Part shown: piece by piece, positions 1-9,848 of the stretch
Layout of the letters: the number at the start of each line of letters is the position of its first letter
Position numbering within the stretch: the stretch's first letter is position 1
Virus record (IMG/VR): IMGVR_UViG_3300016667_000431
Coordinates: 1-29,738 of that record
DNA: 29,738 nt
Reading direction: 5' to 3' (one strand)
Source: a virus
Lineage: Duplodnaviria; Caudoviricetes
Notes under the pieces: model-generated
The model's database searches: none
What the model saw: only the letters and a program-made list of their open reading frames with translations
What the model was told of the DNA's origin: nothing
Program-made: the position numbers and the translations under genes

Positions 1-17
1 ATCTGTAAGGTTAAGGC

Positions 18-395
18 ATGATAGTTCAAAGAGCAACTCTTGATTCGTTATTACTCAATAACGTATGTGAAATTCGATTTGTAAGACGTATTCCTAAGCC
101 GGGATTCGCATCGACTCGTCGAATGCTATGCACTAAATCATATGGGTTGCTTAATTCTACAAACGGTAGAATTACCCTTAACTTTAGGCCACCTACACAT
201 ATAAGCAGAATAAATGAAGCTGCAGAAAATGTTGTTATAGTGTGGGATATATTGATGCAGGATTATCGGGTAGTGAGTATGGATCAAGTAGATCTTATTC
301 AGGAAATTCCAGCTAATGAAGAGTTTTGGAAGTATTTTAACGAAAATATATATCCAATGTCAGCTGAGCAAAAACTCAATTTTATGAATTCATGA
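18..395 (+). CDS. Conserved T4-like phage protein, possibly WYL-like/SH3-fold
   Basis: 125 aa ORF; motifs RRMLCTKS and VVIVWDILMQDYR resemble the M.CT...VWD...WR pattern of small SH3/WYL-like phage proteins (from memory). Confidence 0.45.
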   Translation: MIVQRATLDSLLLNNVCEIRFVRRIPKPGFASTRRMLCTKSYGLLNSTNGRITLNFRPPTHISRINEAAENVVIVWDILMQDYRVVSMDQVDLIQEIPANEEFWKYFNENIYPMSAEQKLNFMNS

Positions 396-739
396 ATACA
401 AATTTAGAGAGGATTATAGAGTATATTAAACCGTATCTACTGACAGATATAGTTATTCGAACTAATAAGAAAGTACTCAAAAAAGGTAAGCTTAAAATCT
501 TTCAAGTAAAGCAACACTATATTAGACTCCTTTTTGAGCATGACAATATCTACAAGCCCTACGAGTTACCGTATCCGTTTGACGTAACAGTAGATAATAA
601 AGTTACAATGTTCAATTATCATATTAGTAGCTTTGCACCAACAGCAGATATTTTACTACAAACTAAATTATTAGATACCTCTTTAAAATCTAAAATTTAC
701 GATAATACGGTTTTTATATTGCCTTCCAAAGAAAACTGA
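392..739 (+). CDS. Hypothetical protein
   Basis: 115 aa ORF with ATGA overlap to the previous gene. Confidence 0.7.
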   Translation: MNTNLERIIEYIKPYLLTDIVIRTNKKVLKKGKLKIFQVKQHYIRLLFEHDNIYKPYELPYPFDVTVDNKVTMFNYHISSFAPTADILLQTKLLDTSLKSKIYDNTVFILPSKEN

Positions 740-746
740 CTATAAT
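719..746 (+). promoter_or_regulatory. Sigma70-type early promoter for the helicase
   Basis: TTGCCT(719-724)-N16-TATAAT(741-746), then 6 nt to GTG at 753. Confidence 0.5.
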
Positions 747-752
747 GACTAT

Positions 753-2372
753 GTGATTTCGACTTTACTCAATAACTTCCCTGCAGGTTATGAACCAAAC
801 ACACAGCAGATTAAGCTTCTTAAAGCCATCGATCAAGCATTTGACGATGGCTTTAAATTTGTGGTATGTAATGCTCCTACTGGTTCTGGTAAGTCATTTA
901 TATCAAAGACTGTAAGTAATATTGCTGATAATTGTTCAGATAATTTTAAAGATCTAATTACATCTTACGTAGCATACAAGCGTGGACATGAGGATGATTG
1001 CGCAGATGAACCAGCGTTTGGTTGCACAGCATTAACCATCACTAAATCGCTACAAGATCAATATAAGAGTTTATTTGATGACATTGAAATTTTAAAGGGT
1101 AAATCCAACTATCAATGCGCTATTGACGATTCATTTAGTGTAGAAGTAGCACCTTGTATGCACTTACCTAAGATGAGAGATGAATGTTGGGCTAAGCATA
1201 AATGCCCGTATTATGAGCAACGCAACAAGGCGCTCACATCTAAGTTTAGTTCTCTAAACTATACTATGTTCTTCTCGTTACCTGATCATCTTAAAAAGCG
1301 TCAGTATCTAATCTGCGATGAGGCCTCAGAACTAGAAGATCAACTAGTAAAGGAATTTACTTGTAGAATTGAATTCGCTACCTTAAAGAAGTTAGAGGTA
1401 AACGTACGTCCATTCTATACTAAAAATAGTGCTAACACTCTTAACTGGATTAACACCCTTGCGGTTGATATTAATGACCGTATTAATGATCTAGAAGAGA
1501 TTATTCGTAGTATCCCTAAATCAAAGGAAAAGCTGCTTATTAACAAGCGTGGAGAGATTATTCGTCTACGTAATATTCATAGCAAACTAGTAATGATCAT
1601 TGATACATGGAATGATAGTGAATACGTGTATGAGAAGAATGCTTACGCAATTACCTTTATGCCTCTTAAAGTTGATAAGATTGCATATAGGTTATTCGAT
1701 CATGCAGATAAGGTCATCTTACTATCAGCTACTATCATTGATCCAGCTAACTTCTGTAAATCATTAGGAATTAGACGTTTCAAATATGTAGAAGCGGAAT
1801 CTACATTTGATCCAAAGAATGCACCAATCTTTTGTAATACAAAAGTAAAGCTTAACTACTATAGTATGGCTAAAAACCTACCCGTTGTTATTAATCAGAT
1901 TAAACAAATCTGCGAACACCATAAAGATGAAAAGGGTATCGTTCATACCCATAATAATAGTATTACAAAATCTCTAATGGATAGTATTAATGATTCTAGA
2001 TTTTTATTTAGAGAGCCAGGTATACGTAATGAGAATATTCTTCAACAACACTTTGAATCAGATAAACCGACTGTGTTAGTCTCGCCATCCATGTCATTTG
2101 GAGTCGACCTTAAAGATGAATTAGCTAGATTTCAAATCATTGTCAAAGCGCCATTCTTACCTACAAACGATACACGTGTAGAGAATCTAATGAAAGAAGA
2201 TCCGAATTGGTATTTCAATAAAATGCTTTGTTCGTTGATTCAATCTTGTGGTCGTGGTATTAGATCTAAGAAAGATCACTGTGTAACGTATATTCTAGAT
2301 GCAACAATTGTTGAAGCTATTGTTAAGAATAAACATAAACTACCAAAATACTTCCTGGAACGGTTTAGCTAA
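753..2372 (+). CDS. DinG/Rad3/XPD-family SF2 DNA helicase
   Basis: Q-motif region PNTQQ, Walker A APTGSGKS, LKGKSNYQC..C..C..CPY (Fe-S-like cysteines), motif II ICDEAS, LSAT, GVDL, QSCGRGIRS; GTG start. Confidence 0.9.
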   Translation: MISTLLNNFPAGYEPNTQQIKLLKAIDQAFDDGFKFVVCNAPTGSGKSFISKTVSNIADNCSDNFKDLITSYVAYKRGHEDDCADEPAFGCTALTITKSLQDQYKSLFDDIEILKGKSNYQCAIDDSFSVEVAPCMHLPKMRDECWAKHKCPYYEQRNKALTSKFSSLNYTMFFSLPDHLKKRQYLICDEASELEDQLVKEFTCRIEFATLKKLEVNVRPFYTKNSANTLNWINTLAVDINDRINDLEEIIRSIPKSKEKLLINKRGEIIRLRNIHSKLVMIIDTWNDSEYVYEKNAYAITFMPLKVDKIAYRLFDHADKVILLSATIIDPANFCKSLGIRRFKYVEAESTFDPKNAPIFCNTKVKLNYYSMAKNLPVVINQIKQICEHHKDEKGIVHTHNNSITKSLMDSINDSRFLFREPGIRNENILQQHFESDKPTVLVSPSMSFGVDLKDELARFQIIVKAPFLPTNDTRVENLMKEDPNWYFNKMLCSLIQSCGRGIRSKKDHCVTYILDATIVEAIVKNKHKLPKYFLERFS

Positions 2373-2391
2373 TTAAATATATTTATCCAGG

Positions 2392-3513
2392 ATGAGAGCT
2401 CAGAGTTTTAATTTCGAGATCAAGGATCTTCTAACTCAATTCGTTGCAGCATTTGATGATGTTATTATTAAACGCTACGATAACGATAGAAATGTAAAGC
2501 AAGAGCTTGAAGTACGTTATGTGTTCGCACCTAAACAGCGTGTGATGTATGATATTGTTAATAAAGCGCAGAATCTTACACTACCTGTTGTTGCAGTTAA
2601 TCTTACTAATGTTGCGTATGATAGTGCACGTGCTTTTAATAAGCTCAATAATATAACTAACTATATGAATGAGGTAGATAGTACAGAGATTAAAATGCCT
2701 GTGCCCTTCAATCTAACTGTTAGTATGTCTATTCTCGGTAGGTATATGCAGGATGTAGAGCAAATCATTTCTAACTTTGCACCGTATAACAATCCATATA
2801 TTATATTAGCATGGAGTGAACCAACTAGTACAGGTGATATTCGTGAAATTAGATCAGAAGTAAGCTGGGATGGTTCTATATCTTTAAATACTCCCACTGA
2901 AACAACTTATAGTGATAAATTTAGAATTGTTGCTGATACAACATTTACAATTAAGGGATGGTTATTCAAAAATAAGAACGAAACATCTAGTCCGATTTAC
3001 TTTATAAAGCAAAACTTTATTGATGTGCCTAAAAACTTCAATCTTGTTCAGCCACTTTCAACTTTAGATTATGAAAACTTCTTTAATAGCTTAACTGCTA
3101 CTAGTGAGATTGAGACTGTTACACTCTCTGCAATTCCCACTATTACAAATATATTCTTTAATAATAGTGGTTCATTCTTACCGGTAACCTCACCATTTAC
3201 GATTAATGGTGCGTTATCTAATCTTGTTAACCCATATAGCTTTTTATTACTAGGTAGTAATTTTAACCACACTACATCCGTTCTATTAAGCAGTAATACA
3301 ATGAGTATGAGTGGCGTGACTTCAGTTTATAGTACATATACCGGGACAGCTAGCGGAGTATCATTATCTACTTATAGCATACTTGACGACAGTACTATGG
3401 CGTTATCGCTACCATATAATTCACAGCTTAGTACAATAGATATTATTATTAATAATCCAGCTGGTTGGACATCTTCCAACACTATCAGTGGGTTTTATCT
3501 GATTAACGATTAA
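2392..3513 (+). CDS. Tail completion/sheath stabiliser (T4 gp15-like) with a C-terminal S/T-rich beta extension
   Basis: F.AAFDDV.I.R, VRYVFAPKQR, PVPFNLTVSMSI, QIISNFAPY, FTIKGWLF match the gp15 family pattern. Confidence 0.8.
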   Translation: MRAQSFNFEIKDLLTQFVAAFDDVIIKRYDNDRNVKQELEVRYVFAPKQRVMYDIVNKAQNLTLPVVAVNLTNVAYDSARAFNKLNNITNYMNEVDSTEIKMPVPFNLTVSMSILGRYMQDVEQIISNFAPYNNPYIILAWSEPTSTGDIREIRSEVSWDGSISLNTPTETTYSDKFRIVADTTFTIKGWLFKNKNETSSPIYFIKQNFIDVPKNFNLVQPLSTLDYENFFNSLTATSEIETVTLSAIPTITNIFFNNSGSFLPVTSPFTINGALSNLVNPYSFLLLGSNFNHTTSVLLSSNTMSMSGVTSVYSTYTGTASGVSLSTYSILDDSTMALSLPYNSQLSTIDIIINNPAGWTSSNTISGFYLIND

Positions 3514-3527
3514 ATATATTTTATAAA

Positions 3528-5339
3528 ATGGCAGGAGATTCTTCAACTACATCAAACACTAACCGAAATTATGTTAGTGATGACGGCCGTGCATCTACAT
3601 TTGGTAGAGGTTTAACTAACTACATTCAAAGTAGAATGCCATATGCTAACGCGGTAAATGCTCCAGATGCTCTTAACCCAAAGTATAAGTACTTTCATAA
3701 TATTGGCATGCGTAGAGCAGAGGCTCTGACAAAGTCATCAATTTCCTCTTCTAACCCGTATAATAATTTACCGATCGGCGACTTCCAGAAAGACACTACT
3801 TTCGGTGAGGTAATGTATGCTAATATTCAAGCTGATAAAGGTGGACGTATACGTGATTACCGTATTATGGCAGCTTATTCGGAAGTTGCAGATGCGTTAG
3901 ATGAGATTTGTGATGAGGTTATTAATCCGGATGCTGATGGTAATGTGGCTAAAATTAACTTCCAAAATATTGATCTAAGTGTTGATGAGAGAGAAGAGAT
4001 TGAAAAGGAATTTAATAAGTATATTGATTTTTTCGACTTAAAGCAGAAAGGTTGGCAATACTTTAGACAGCTTTTAGTTGAGGGTGAAGTCTTCTTTGAA
4101 CTCATTATTCACGAAAATTATATCAATGAAGGTGTCTTAGGTGTTATTAACTTACCTTCTGAAATTATTGATCCTGTCTATAATAATATTCAGAACATGC
4201 TTGTGAAGGGCTTTATCTATAGAAAGCCTATATTTAACGCTACACAGCCAAGTAAGGTTGATCGTGTTGAACTGATTCCAATGGATGAGAATCAAATCGT
4301 TTATGTCAATTCAGGTGCATATAATGAAACAAAGAATTTTGTTATCCCTTTCCTAGAAAATGCTCGGAGACCGTACAGGCAATTATCTTTAATTGAAGAC
4401 TCTATTGTAATTTACAGATTGGTGCGCGCTCCGGAGCGTCTTGTATTTAATGTTGATGTTGGTAACATGGCACCACCAAAAGCTGAAGCGTATTTACGTA
4501 AACTCATTCAAAATTATTGGTCAAGAAAGACTTTCGATTTAGATCAAGCTGATGTTGTTAAGAAATTTAACCCGCAATCAATGCTTGATGCTTTCTGGTT
4601 TGCAAAACGTGCTGGAGCTGAAGGTACTACTGTAACCCAACTTCAAGGTGGTGCTAACTTGGGTGAGTTAAGCGACTTAATGTACTTTATTAAGAAGTTA
4701 TATAGAGCGCTTAAAGTACCTGCAGCTCGTATCGACCCTCAGGATCAGACCGTAGATTCTTCAACTATTCTTAGAGATGAGCTTAAGTTTGCAAGATTTG
4801 TTATACGTCAACAACAGCTCTTCGCGTCTGGTATTAAGCGTGGATTTATTACTCATCTCAAGTTAAGAGGTATTTTTGATAGATTAGATTTACATGAAAC
4901 AAATTTAGATATCATATTCAATGTACCGACAAACTTCTACGAAATTAGAGAGAGTCAAAGATTAGAGCTTAAGGCTGCTAACTTTAATAATCTTGCAAGT
5001 AATGAGTTTGTATCAGCTACCTTTGCACAGAAAAAGTATCTTGGCTGGAAAGACAGGGATGTCCTCGCTAACCGTGAGTTCTTACGTAAGGATGCAGAAA
5101 TGCAATGGGAGTTAGCTCAAATTCAAAACGCAGGTCCAGCTTGGAAAGAACAAATGGTACTTAATAACGTAGGTACTGGTGTAGAAGCTACCCCTGGCGG
5201 TGAAGGTGGTGGCGCACCTATCGGTGGTACAGAAGTACCTGAATTTGGTGGTGGTCCAGCAGCAGAAGTAGGTGGCGCAACAGAAGCACCGGCTCCTGAA
5301 GCCGAGGTACCAGCTCCTGAAGCACCACCAGCTGCTTAA
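3528..5339 (+). CDS. Portal vertex protein (T4 gp20-like)
   Basis: YR.MA..SEV.DA.DEI, QLSLIEDSIVIYRLVRAPERLVFNVDVGNMAPPKAEAYL, ILRDELKFARF; low-complexity G/P/A/E C-terminal tail. Confidence 0.95.
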   Translation: MAGDSSTTSNTNRNYVSDDGRASTFGRGLTNYIQSRMPYANAVNAPDALNPKYKYFHNIGMRRAEALTKSSISSSNPYNNLPIGDFQKDTTFGEVMYANIQADKGGRIRDYRIMAAYSEVADALDEICDEVINPDADGNVAKINFQNIDLSVDEREEIEKEFNKYIDFFDLKQKGWQYFRQLLVEGEVFFELIIHENYINEGVLGVINLPSEIIDPVYNNIQNMLVKGFIYRKPIFNATQPSKVDRVELIPMDENQIVYVNSGAYNETKNFVIPFLENARRPYRQLSLIEDSIVIYRLVRAPERLVFNVDVGNMAPPKAEAYLRKLIQNYWSRKTFDLDQADVVKKFNPQSMLDAFWFAKRAGAEGTTVTQLQGGANLGELSDLMYFIKKLYRALKVPAARIDPQDQTVDSSTILRDELKFARFVIRQQQLFASGIKRGFITHLKLRGIFDRLDLHETNLDIIFNVPTNFYEIRESQRLELKAANFNNLASNEFVSATFAQKKYLGWKDRDVLANREFLRKDAEMQWELAQIQNAGPAWKEQMVLNNVGTGVEATPGGEGGGAPIGGTEVPEFGGGPAAEVGGATEAPAPEAEVPAPEAPPAA

Positions 5340-5663
5340 TTACTTGCTAAGATTATTCTGACTAAAATATTGAGTTCTATAGAAAATAGGACCTGCAGCT
5401 GCAGCCTTTGCAGATAATTGACTGCAATCAGTTAGACCTCTAAATGTAAAAGATGTAGCGTTAGGTACAAGGAAAGCGAAAGGTTCAGTATTATATCCAT
5501 TATCGTAAGCGCTCAAAGCACCACCTGTATTGTTATACAGAATGACTTCCGAACATGGTTGTGAAGATAACTGGGTTAGGTTTGTACCTATAGTTTGATT
5601 AAAAGATCTACAAACATTTAAATTATAGAAGGTAGAGCCGTTATTAGTTGTTGGAGCGGGCAT
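5340..5663 (-). CDS. Small beta-rich hypothetical protein, likely late/virion
   Basis: ORF fills the portal-neck gap; ATG at 5663 (MPAPTTNN...) is preceded by TAAATA and avoids overlap with gp13, so it is preferred over 5729. Confidence 0.7.
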   Translation of the reverse strand: MPAPTTNNGSTFYNLNVCRSFNQTIGTNLTQLSSQPCSEVILYNNTGGALSAYDNGYNTEPFAFLVPNATSFTFRGLTDCSQLSAKAAAAGPIFYRTQYFSQNNLSK

Positions 5664-5692
5664 ATAATTATTTATTTGACTAAATAATTTAT
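5664..5692. promoter_or_regulatory. Back-to-back T4-type late promoters
   Basis: TAAATA on the minus strand (5674-5669) and on the plus strand (5681-5686), 5 and 6 nt from their ATGs. Confidence 0.65.
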
Positions 5693-6841
5693 ATGGCGCT
5701 AGCATGCGAAATAACACCACTTTCAGCATTTCTATCTACTAATCTTAACAACAAAATTGAGACGTATGATAGATTAGGTGATAGAATTAAGAGAGCGTTA
5801 GGATATCCTTTAGTCTCTTTAGAAATACATTTAGATCAACTAAGAGAGAACATACAGATCGCTGTTGAATATTTTACAAAATTCGCAGGATATACACAAG
5901 AGTATCTTATCTTTGATTCTAACTTATATGAAAAAGGCAAAGGTATAAGATTAGACTTGTTATACACATTAGCTAATTCAGATCTAGATACAGCTGCTAA
6001 AAAAGTAGCAGGTAGCAATCCGTTAGGTGCGAGTGGGGAATACTACGCTAGTACACCAAGCTCAGTATTTGTAACTACAACACCTATATTATCTTCTACA
6101 TTTGCTAGCTCAACAACACTATCTTCTACATTTGCAGCTGGTATATTCGAATTCGAATTACTAGATCAATCGCTATATAGTTCTATTACATCATTTAATC
6201 CAACTCTATCTTCATCATTTAAGCAGACTATTCGTAAGACATTAACACTTGAAGGTGAGCCTGATACCGCTACTACATACCAAAATGTATTTGATTATGA
6301 TTTAATGGATTATAGAAAGGTAGTTAATGTTGTAGAGTTTGAAGAAGGATCTACAACAGGCATTAACACACTATTTACTCTTGAGCAAACACTAGCTCAA
6401 CAGACATACTTCAGCTATGCCTTAGGTAATTATGGATTTGATTTACTATCATGGTATTCAATGAAAGAGTTCATGGAGACTCGCGAAAAACTACTAGCTA
6501 TAAGACGTGATATTGAATTCAATCCACGCACACAATACCTAAAAATCTACCCACAACCAAAGGATAGATTTTATGGTGTTGTATCTTGCTATATTGAAAA
6601 ACCAATTCGCGACATTATCAAAGAACAGTGGGTATATGAATATGCTCTAGCATTATGTATGATTACTATTGGTAGAGTAAGAGGTAAATTCACTGGCGTT
6701 AGCTTATTAGGTGGCGGATCATTGAACTATGAAATGTTGAGTGAAGGTACATCTAAAAAGGCTGAACTCGAAAAACAACTACTTGAAGGTGCATCACCCG
6801 GCTTCGGGGATGCGGATCCTATACTGTTTATTGTTGGATAG
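5693..6841 (+). CDS. Neck protein (T4 gp13-like)
   Basis: IKRALGYPLVSLEI...AVEYF at the N-terminus; WVYEYALAL..IG.VRGKF.GV.L.GG.SLN and P.LF.VG at the C-terminus; S/T-rich internal insertion. Confidence 0.85.
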   Translation: MALACEITPLSAFLSTNLNNKIETYDRLGDRIKRALGYPLVSLEIHLDQLRENIQIAVEYFTKFAGYTQEYLIFDSNLYEKGKGIRLDLLYTLANSDLDTAAKKVAGSNPLGASGEYYASTPSSVFVTTTPILSSTFASSTTLSSTFAAGIFEFELLDQSLYSSITSFNPTLSSSFKQTIRKTLTLEGEPDTATTYQNVFDYDLMDYRKVVNVVEFEEGSTTGINTLFTLEQTLAQQTYFSYALGNYGFDLLSWYSMKEFMETREKLLAIRRDIEFNPRTQYLKIYPQPKDRFYGVVSCYIEKPIRDIIKEQWVYEYALALCMITIGRVRGKFTGVSLLGGGSLNYEMLSEGTSKKAELEKQLLEGASPGFGDADPILFIVG

Positions 6842-6932
6842 GAACTAAAAATAATATCAAATATAAGGTTTAAAACTTGAATAATTATTATAGAATATAT
6901 GATTGTGGTAATACTAAGTATATCTTCGAATA

Positions 6933-7385
6933 ATGAATAATTCTCCAAAGAATCCAAAATATAGACAGGGTATCTTCGTACCTAAGAATCAAAATAAATT
7001 TATAGGTACGAAAGCTATATATAGATCTGGATTAGAATTAAAGTTCTTTCGTTTTTGTGACGAGAATCCTAATATATTAAGGTGGTCCAGTGAGCAAGTC
7101 GTAGTACCGTATATATCTCCTTTAGACGGTAGAGTTCATAGATATTTTGTTGATAACTTCATTATTATCAAAGAAGGTAATGGTGAAGTTAAAAAATATC
7201 TAGTTGAAATTAAACCATCAAAGCAAACACAAGCACCTACCACCAAGTATAAAAAGAAACAACATCTAATTTATGAGCAAACTCAATGGGCTATAAATAG
7301 TAGTAAATGGGAAGCAGCGAGACTATGGGCCAGCAAACATGGAATGACATTTCTAATTTTAACAGAGAAAGATCTACAGGCTTGA
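6933..7385 (+). CDS. Head completion nuclease (T4 gp4-like, TnsA-like fold)
   Basis: QG.F.PKN..K, YRSGLELKF, WSSE..VPY.SP.DG..HRYFVD, LVEIKP, KWEAA, F.ILTEK. Confidence 0.9.
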   Translation: MNNSPKNPKYRQGIFVPKNQNKFIGTKAIYRSGLELKFFRFCDENPNILRWSSEQVVVPYISPLDGRVHRYFVDNFIIIKEGNGEVKKYLVEIKPSKQTQAPTTKYKKKQHLIYEQTQWAINSSKWEAARLWASKHGMTFLILTEKDLQA

Positions 7386-9070
7386 TAAAGACACAGAGAT
7401 TTATTACAAAGTCATCAATCAAACATAATTTTAAGTTTGATTATAGTAAGGTGACATTTACCACAGCAAAGACGAAAGTGGAAATTATATGCCCTATTCA
7501 CGGCTCTTTTATGCAATTGCCAGCTGATCATGTAAGAGGTATAGGTTGTAAGAAGTGTGGGAGAGATACTGCTGTAGAGAAAACTACCAAAAAGTGGGTT
7601 GATGTAGAGAGAGATTTCCGTAAAGTTCATAATGATCTTTACGATTATAAGGTAGATACATATATCAATACATCAACAAAGATGGTAATAGGGTGTAAGA
7701 TACACGGGGAATTTGAACAGACGCCTAGTAACCATCTTCGACATGGTTGCCCTAAGTGTGGAAATATATCAACAAAAACCAAGCAAACATCTAATACTGC
7801 CGAGTTCATTAGAAAGCTGAAATTATTATACGGTGATTTTTATGATTACACAGATATTATATACTATAATAGTAAAACAAAAGTAGAAGTACATTGCCCT
7901 ATACATGGTGAATTTACAGCTACACCAAATTCTCTTCTAAATGGCTCAGGATGCCCTAGTTGTGGTACAATTAAACAAGGTATAACAAAAAAGTTAAACT
8001 ATTTTAAGTTATGGGTAAATGAGATACATCATCGAGATAGTAATATTAGTATTGATGCTCAAGAGTATCAAGGAGTTAATTCAACTGTTACAGGTACATG
8101 TAATAAACATGGAAAGTTTGAAGATGTAGTGATTAATATTAAAACTAGATCTAACGCCTGTATAAAATGCTGTAGTAATGTTTTTTCCAAACCCGAAAAA
8201 ATAATAAGTAAAATATTAGATAACCTTAAGATACAATTCATATCACATTACCGTATTAGGAAAGATAATACATATATAGAGCTTGACTTCTTTTTACCAG
8301 AGTACAATATAGCGATTGAAGTAAATGGAATTTACTGGCATAGAGATCAAGGTACAAGATGTACAAAAGAGTATCATAATACCAAAACTAACATTTGTAT
8401 AGAGAATAATATTCAACTATTACACTTATACGATCAAGAAGTTAATAATAAAACAAGCATCATTGAATCAATTATTAGATCTAAAACCGGTAAAAATACT
8501 AAACGCATATATGCACGTAAAACTATCATAAAGCAAGTAGACTCAGTTACAGCTAATAATTTTTTGGCATTATACCACTTGCAAGGCTCATGTAAATCGC
8601 AAGTATATTACGGACTGTTTACAGCAGATTGTGATGACCTAGTATGTGTAATGGCATTCGGTACGAGGCAGATAACAGGGAAATCGCAACATGAGTTGAT
8701 TAGGTTTGCTACAAAAGCCGACTGCACGGTGATAGGAGGATTTAGTAAAATCTTAGAATATTACAAACATACAATCAAAGCAGGTACTATTGTCACTTAT
8801 GCAGATCGGAGATATAGCTTAGGATCGGTATATTATAAGTGTGGATTTAAACTAATAAATGTATCAAGCCCTTCATATTGGTATTTTAAGTTACCTAATA
8901 CAAAATTGTACCATAGATACAATTTTGCTAAGCACAAATTATCAGGTAAATTGCAAAATTTTGATATAAATTTGACAGAGTGGCAGAATATGAAGAATAA
9001 TAATTACTCGAGAATATGGGACTGCGGCCAATTTGTGTTTGAACTAGCATTTGGCGGTGAGTCTGGCTAA
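7307..9070 (+). CDS. Free-standing Hef-like putative homing endonuclease 1 (Zn-ribbon repeats, Vsr-like nuclease, C-terminal GNAT-like domain)
   Basis: Four CxxHG..F..CxxC repeats; ELDFFLPEYNIAIEVNGIYWH; IYARK...HLQG...ELIRF...YADRRYS.G.VY...GF...IWDCG. The true start may be the in-frame TTG at 7382, overlapping the gp4 stop. Confidence 0.75.
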   Translation: MGSSETMGQQTWNDISNFNRERSTGLIKTQRFITKSSIKHNFKFDYSKVTFTTAKTKVEIICPIHGSFMQLPADHVRGIGCKKCGRDTAVEKTTKKWVDVERDFRKVHNDLYDYKVDTYINTSTKMVIGCKIHGEFEQTPSNHLRHGCPKCGNISTKTKQTSNTAEFIRKLKLLYGDFYDYTDIIYYNSKTKVEVHCPIHGEFTATPNSLLNGSGCPSCGTIKQGITKKLNYFKLWVNEIHHRDSNISIDAQEYQGVNSTVTGTCNKHGKFEDVVINIKTRSNACIKCCSNVFSKPEKIISKILDNLKIQFISHYRIRKDNTYIELDFFLPEYNIAIEVNGIYWHRDQGTRCTKEYHNTKTNICIENNIQLLHLYDQEVNNKTSIIESIIRSKTGKNTKRIYARKTIIKQVDSVTANNFLALYHLQGSCKSQVYYGLFTADCDDLVCVMAFGTRQITGKSQHELIRFATKADCTVIGGFSKILEYYKHTIKAGTIVTYADRRYSLGSVYYKCGFKLINVSSPSYWYFKLPNTKLYHRYNFAKHKLSGKLQNFDINLTEWQNMKNNNYSRIWDCGQFVFELAFGGESG

Positions 9071-9096
9071 TACTCACTGAAAAGCGCTTTAATTAA
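9067..9096 (+). pseudogene. Relic duplicate of the gp4 3' end (LILTEKRFN*)
   Basis: cta ata ctc act gaa aag encodes LILTEK, identical in protein to gp4 7353-7370; 12/18 nt identical and all six differences are synonymous. Confidence 0.55.
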
Positions 9097-9132
9097 TAGA
9101 TTTTGGTATTAATATCATAAATATAATTACAT

Positions 9133-9798
9133 ATGTCATTAAAGCTTAATCTTGTTGTAGAGAAGCCAGATATACACGATCAATTCGAGTATATCGAAGA
9201 GGAAACTAATAAAAACTCTCCTAGTAATCTATATATCAAAGGTCCATATATGATGGCTGAAGGTGTTAATAGAAATAATAGACTCTACCCAATAGATGAA
9301 TTAGCTAGAGAAGTCCAACGCTATAACGAAGAAATGGTTATTCCAGGACGTGCTATGGGTGAGCTAAATCACCCTACAGCAGCTGATGTTAACTTAGAAC
9401 GTGCTTGCCATATTGTTACTGAACTCACACAAGATGGTAATGTATTCTATGGTAAGTCGAAAGTACTAACCACGCCTTGCGGTCAGATTGTAAGAGCTCT
9501 TATTAATGATGGTGTAAAGGTCGGTATGTCCTCGAGAGCTTTAGGGACCTTACAAGAAGGTTCACAATATAATACAGTACGTAATATGAAGCTAGTAGCT
9601 ATTGACTGTGTAGCAGATCCATCGTTTCCTAAAGCGTTTGTTAATGGTATTCTAGAATCAAAGCAATGGGTATTAGCTGATGATGGTAAATATGAGGAGC
9701 TATATGATAATTTTGAAAAATCAATTGCTCGGTTACCACGTAAAGAAATTGATACATACCTACGTGAGCGTATTACAGCTTTTATCAGCCGGCTATAA
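9133..9798 (+). CDS. Prohead core protease (T4 gp21-like)
   Basis: LYIKGPYM.AE..NRNNRLYP, GELNHP, TPCGQI, GMSSRALG, DCVADPS...AFVNGILE; TAAATA at 9118-9123. Confidence 0.95.
   Translation: MSLKLNLVVEKPDIHDQFEYIEEETNKNSPSNLYIKGPYMMAEGVNRNNRLYPIDELAREVQRYNEEMVIPGRAMGELNHPTAADVNLERACHIVTELTQDGNVFYGKSKVLTTPCGQIVRALINDGVKVGMSSRALGTLQEGSQYNTVRNMKLVAIDCVADPSFPKAFVNGILESKQWVLADDGKYEELYDNFEKSIARLPRKEIDTYLRERITAFISRL
9736..9776 (+). repeat. 41-bp direct repeat, copy 1 (within the gp21 3' end)
   Basis: ccacgtaaagaaattgatacatacctacgtgagcgtattac; 40/41 identical to 11511-11551. Confidence 0.95.
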
Positions 9799-9834
9799 AT
9801 TATATAATATGCCATTGATTGCTTTTATTACTGG

Positions 9835-9842
9835 TATAAATA
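9835..9842 (+). promoter_or_regulatory. T4 late promoter for endonuclease 2
   Basis: Perfect TATAAATA 6 nt before ATG 9849. Confidence 0.7.
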
Positions 9843-9848
9843 CTAGTA

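Noticed and set aside
5175-5336. GC-rich stretch at the portal 3' end as foreign DNA
   Set aside because: Explained by Gly/Pro/Ala/Glu codons of a low-complexity tail common in gp20-like portals
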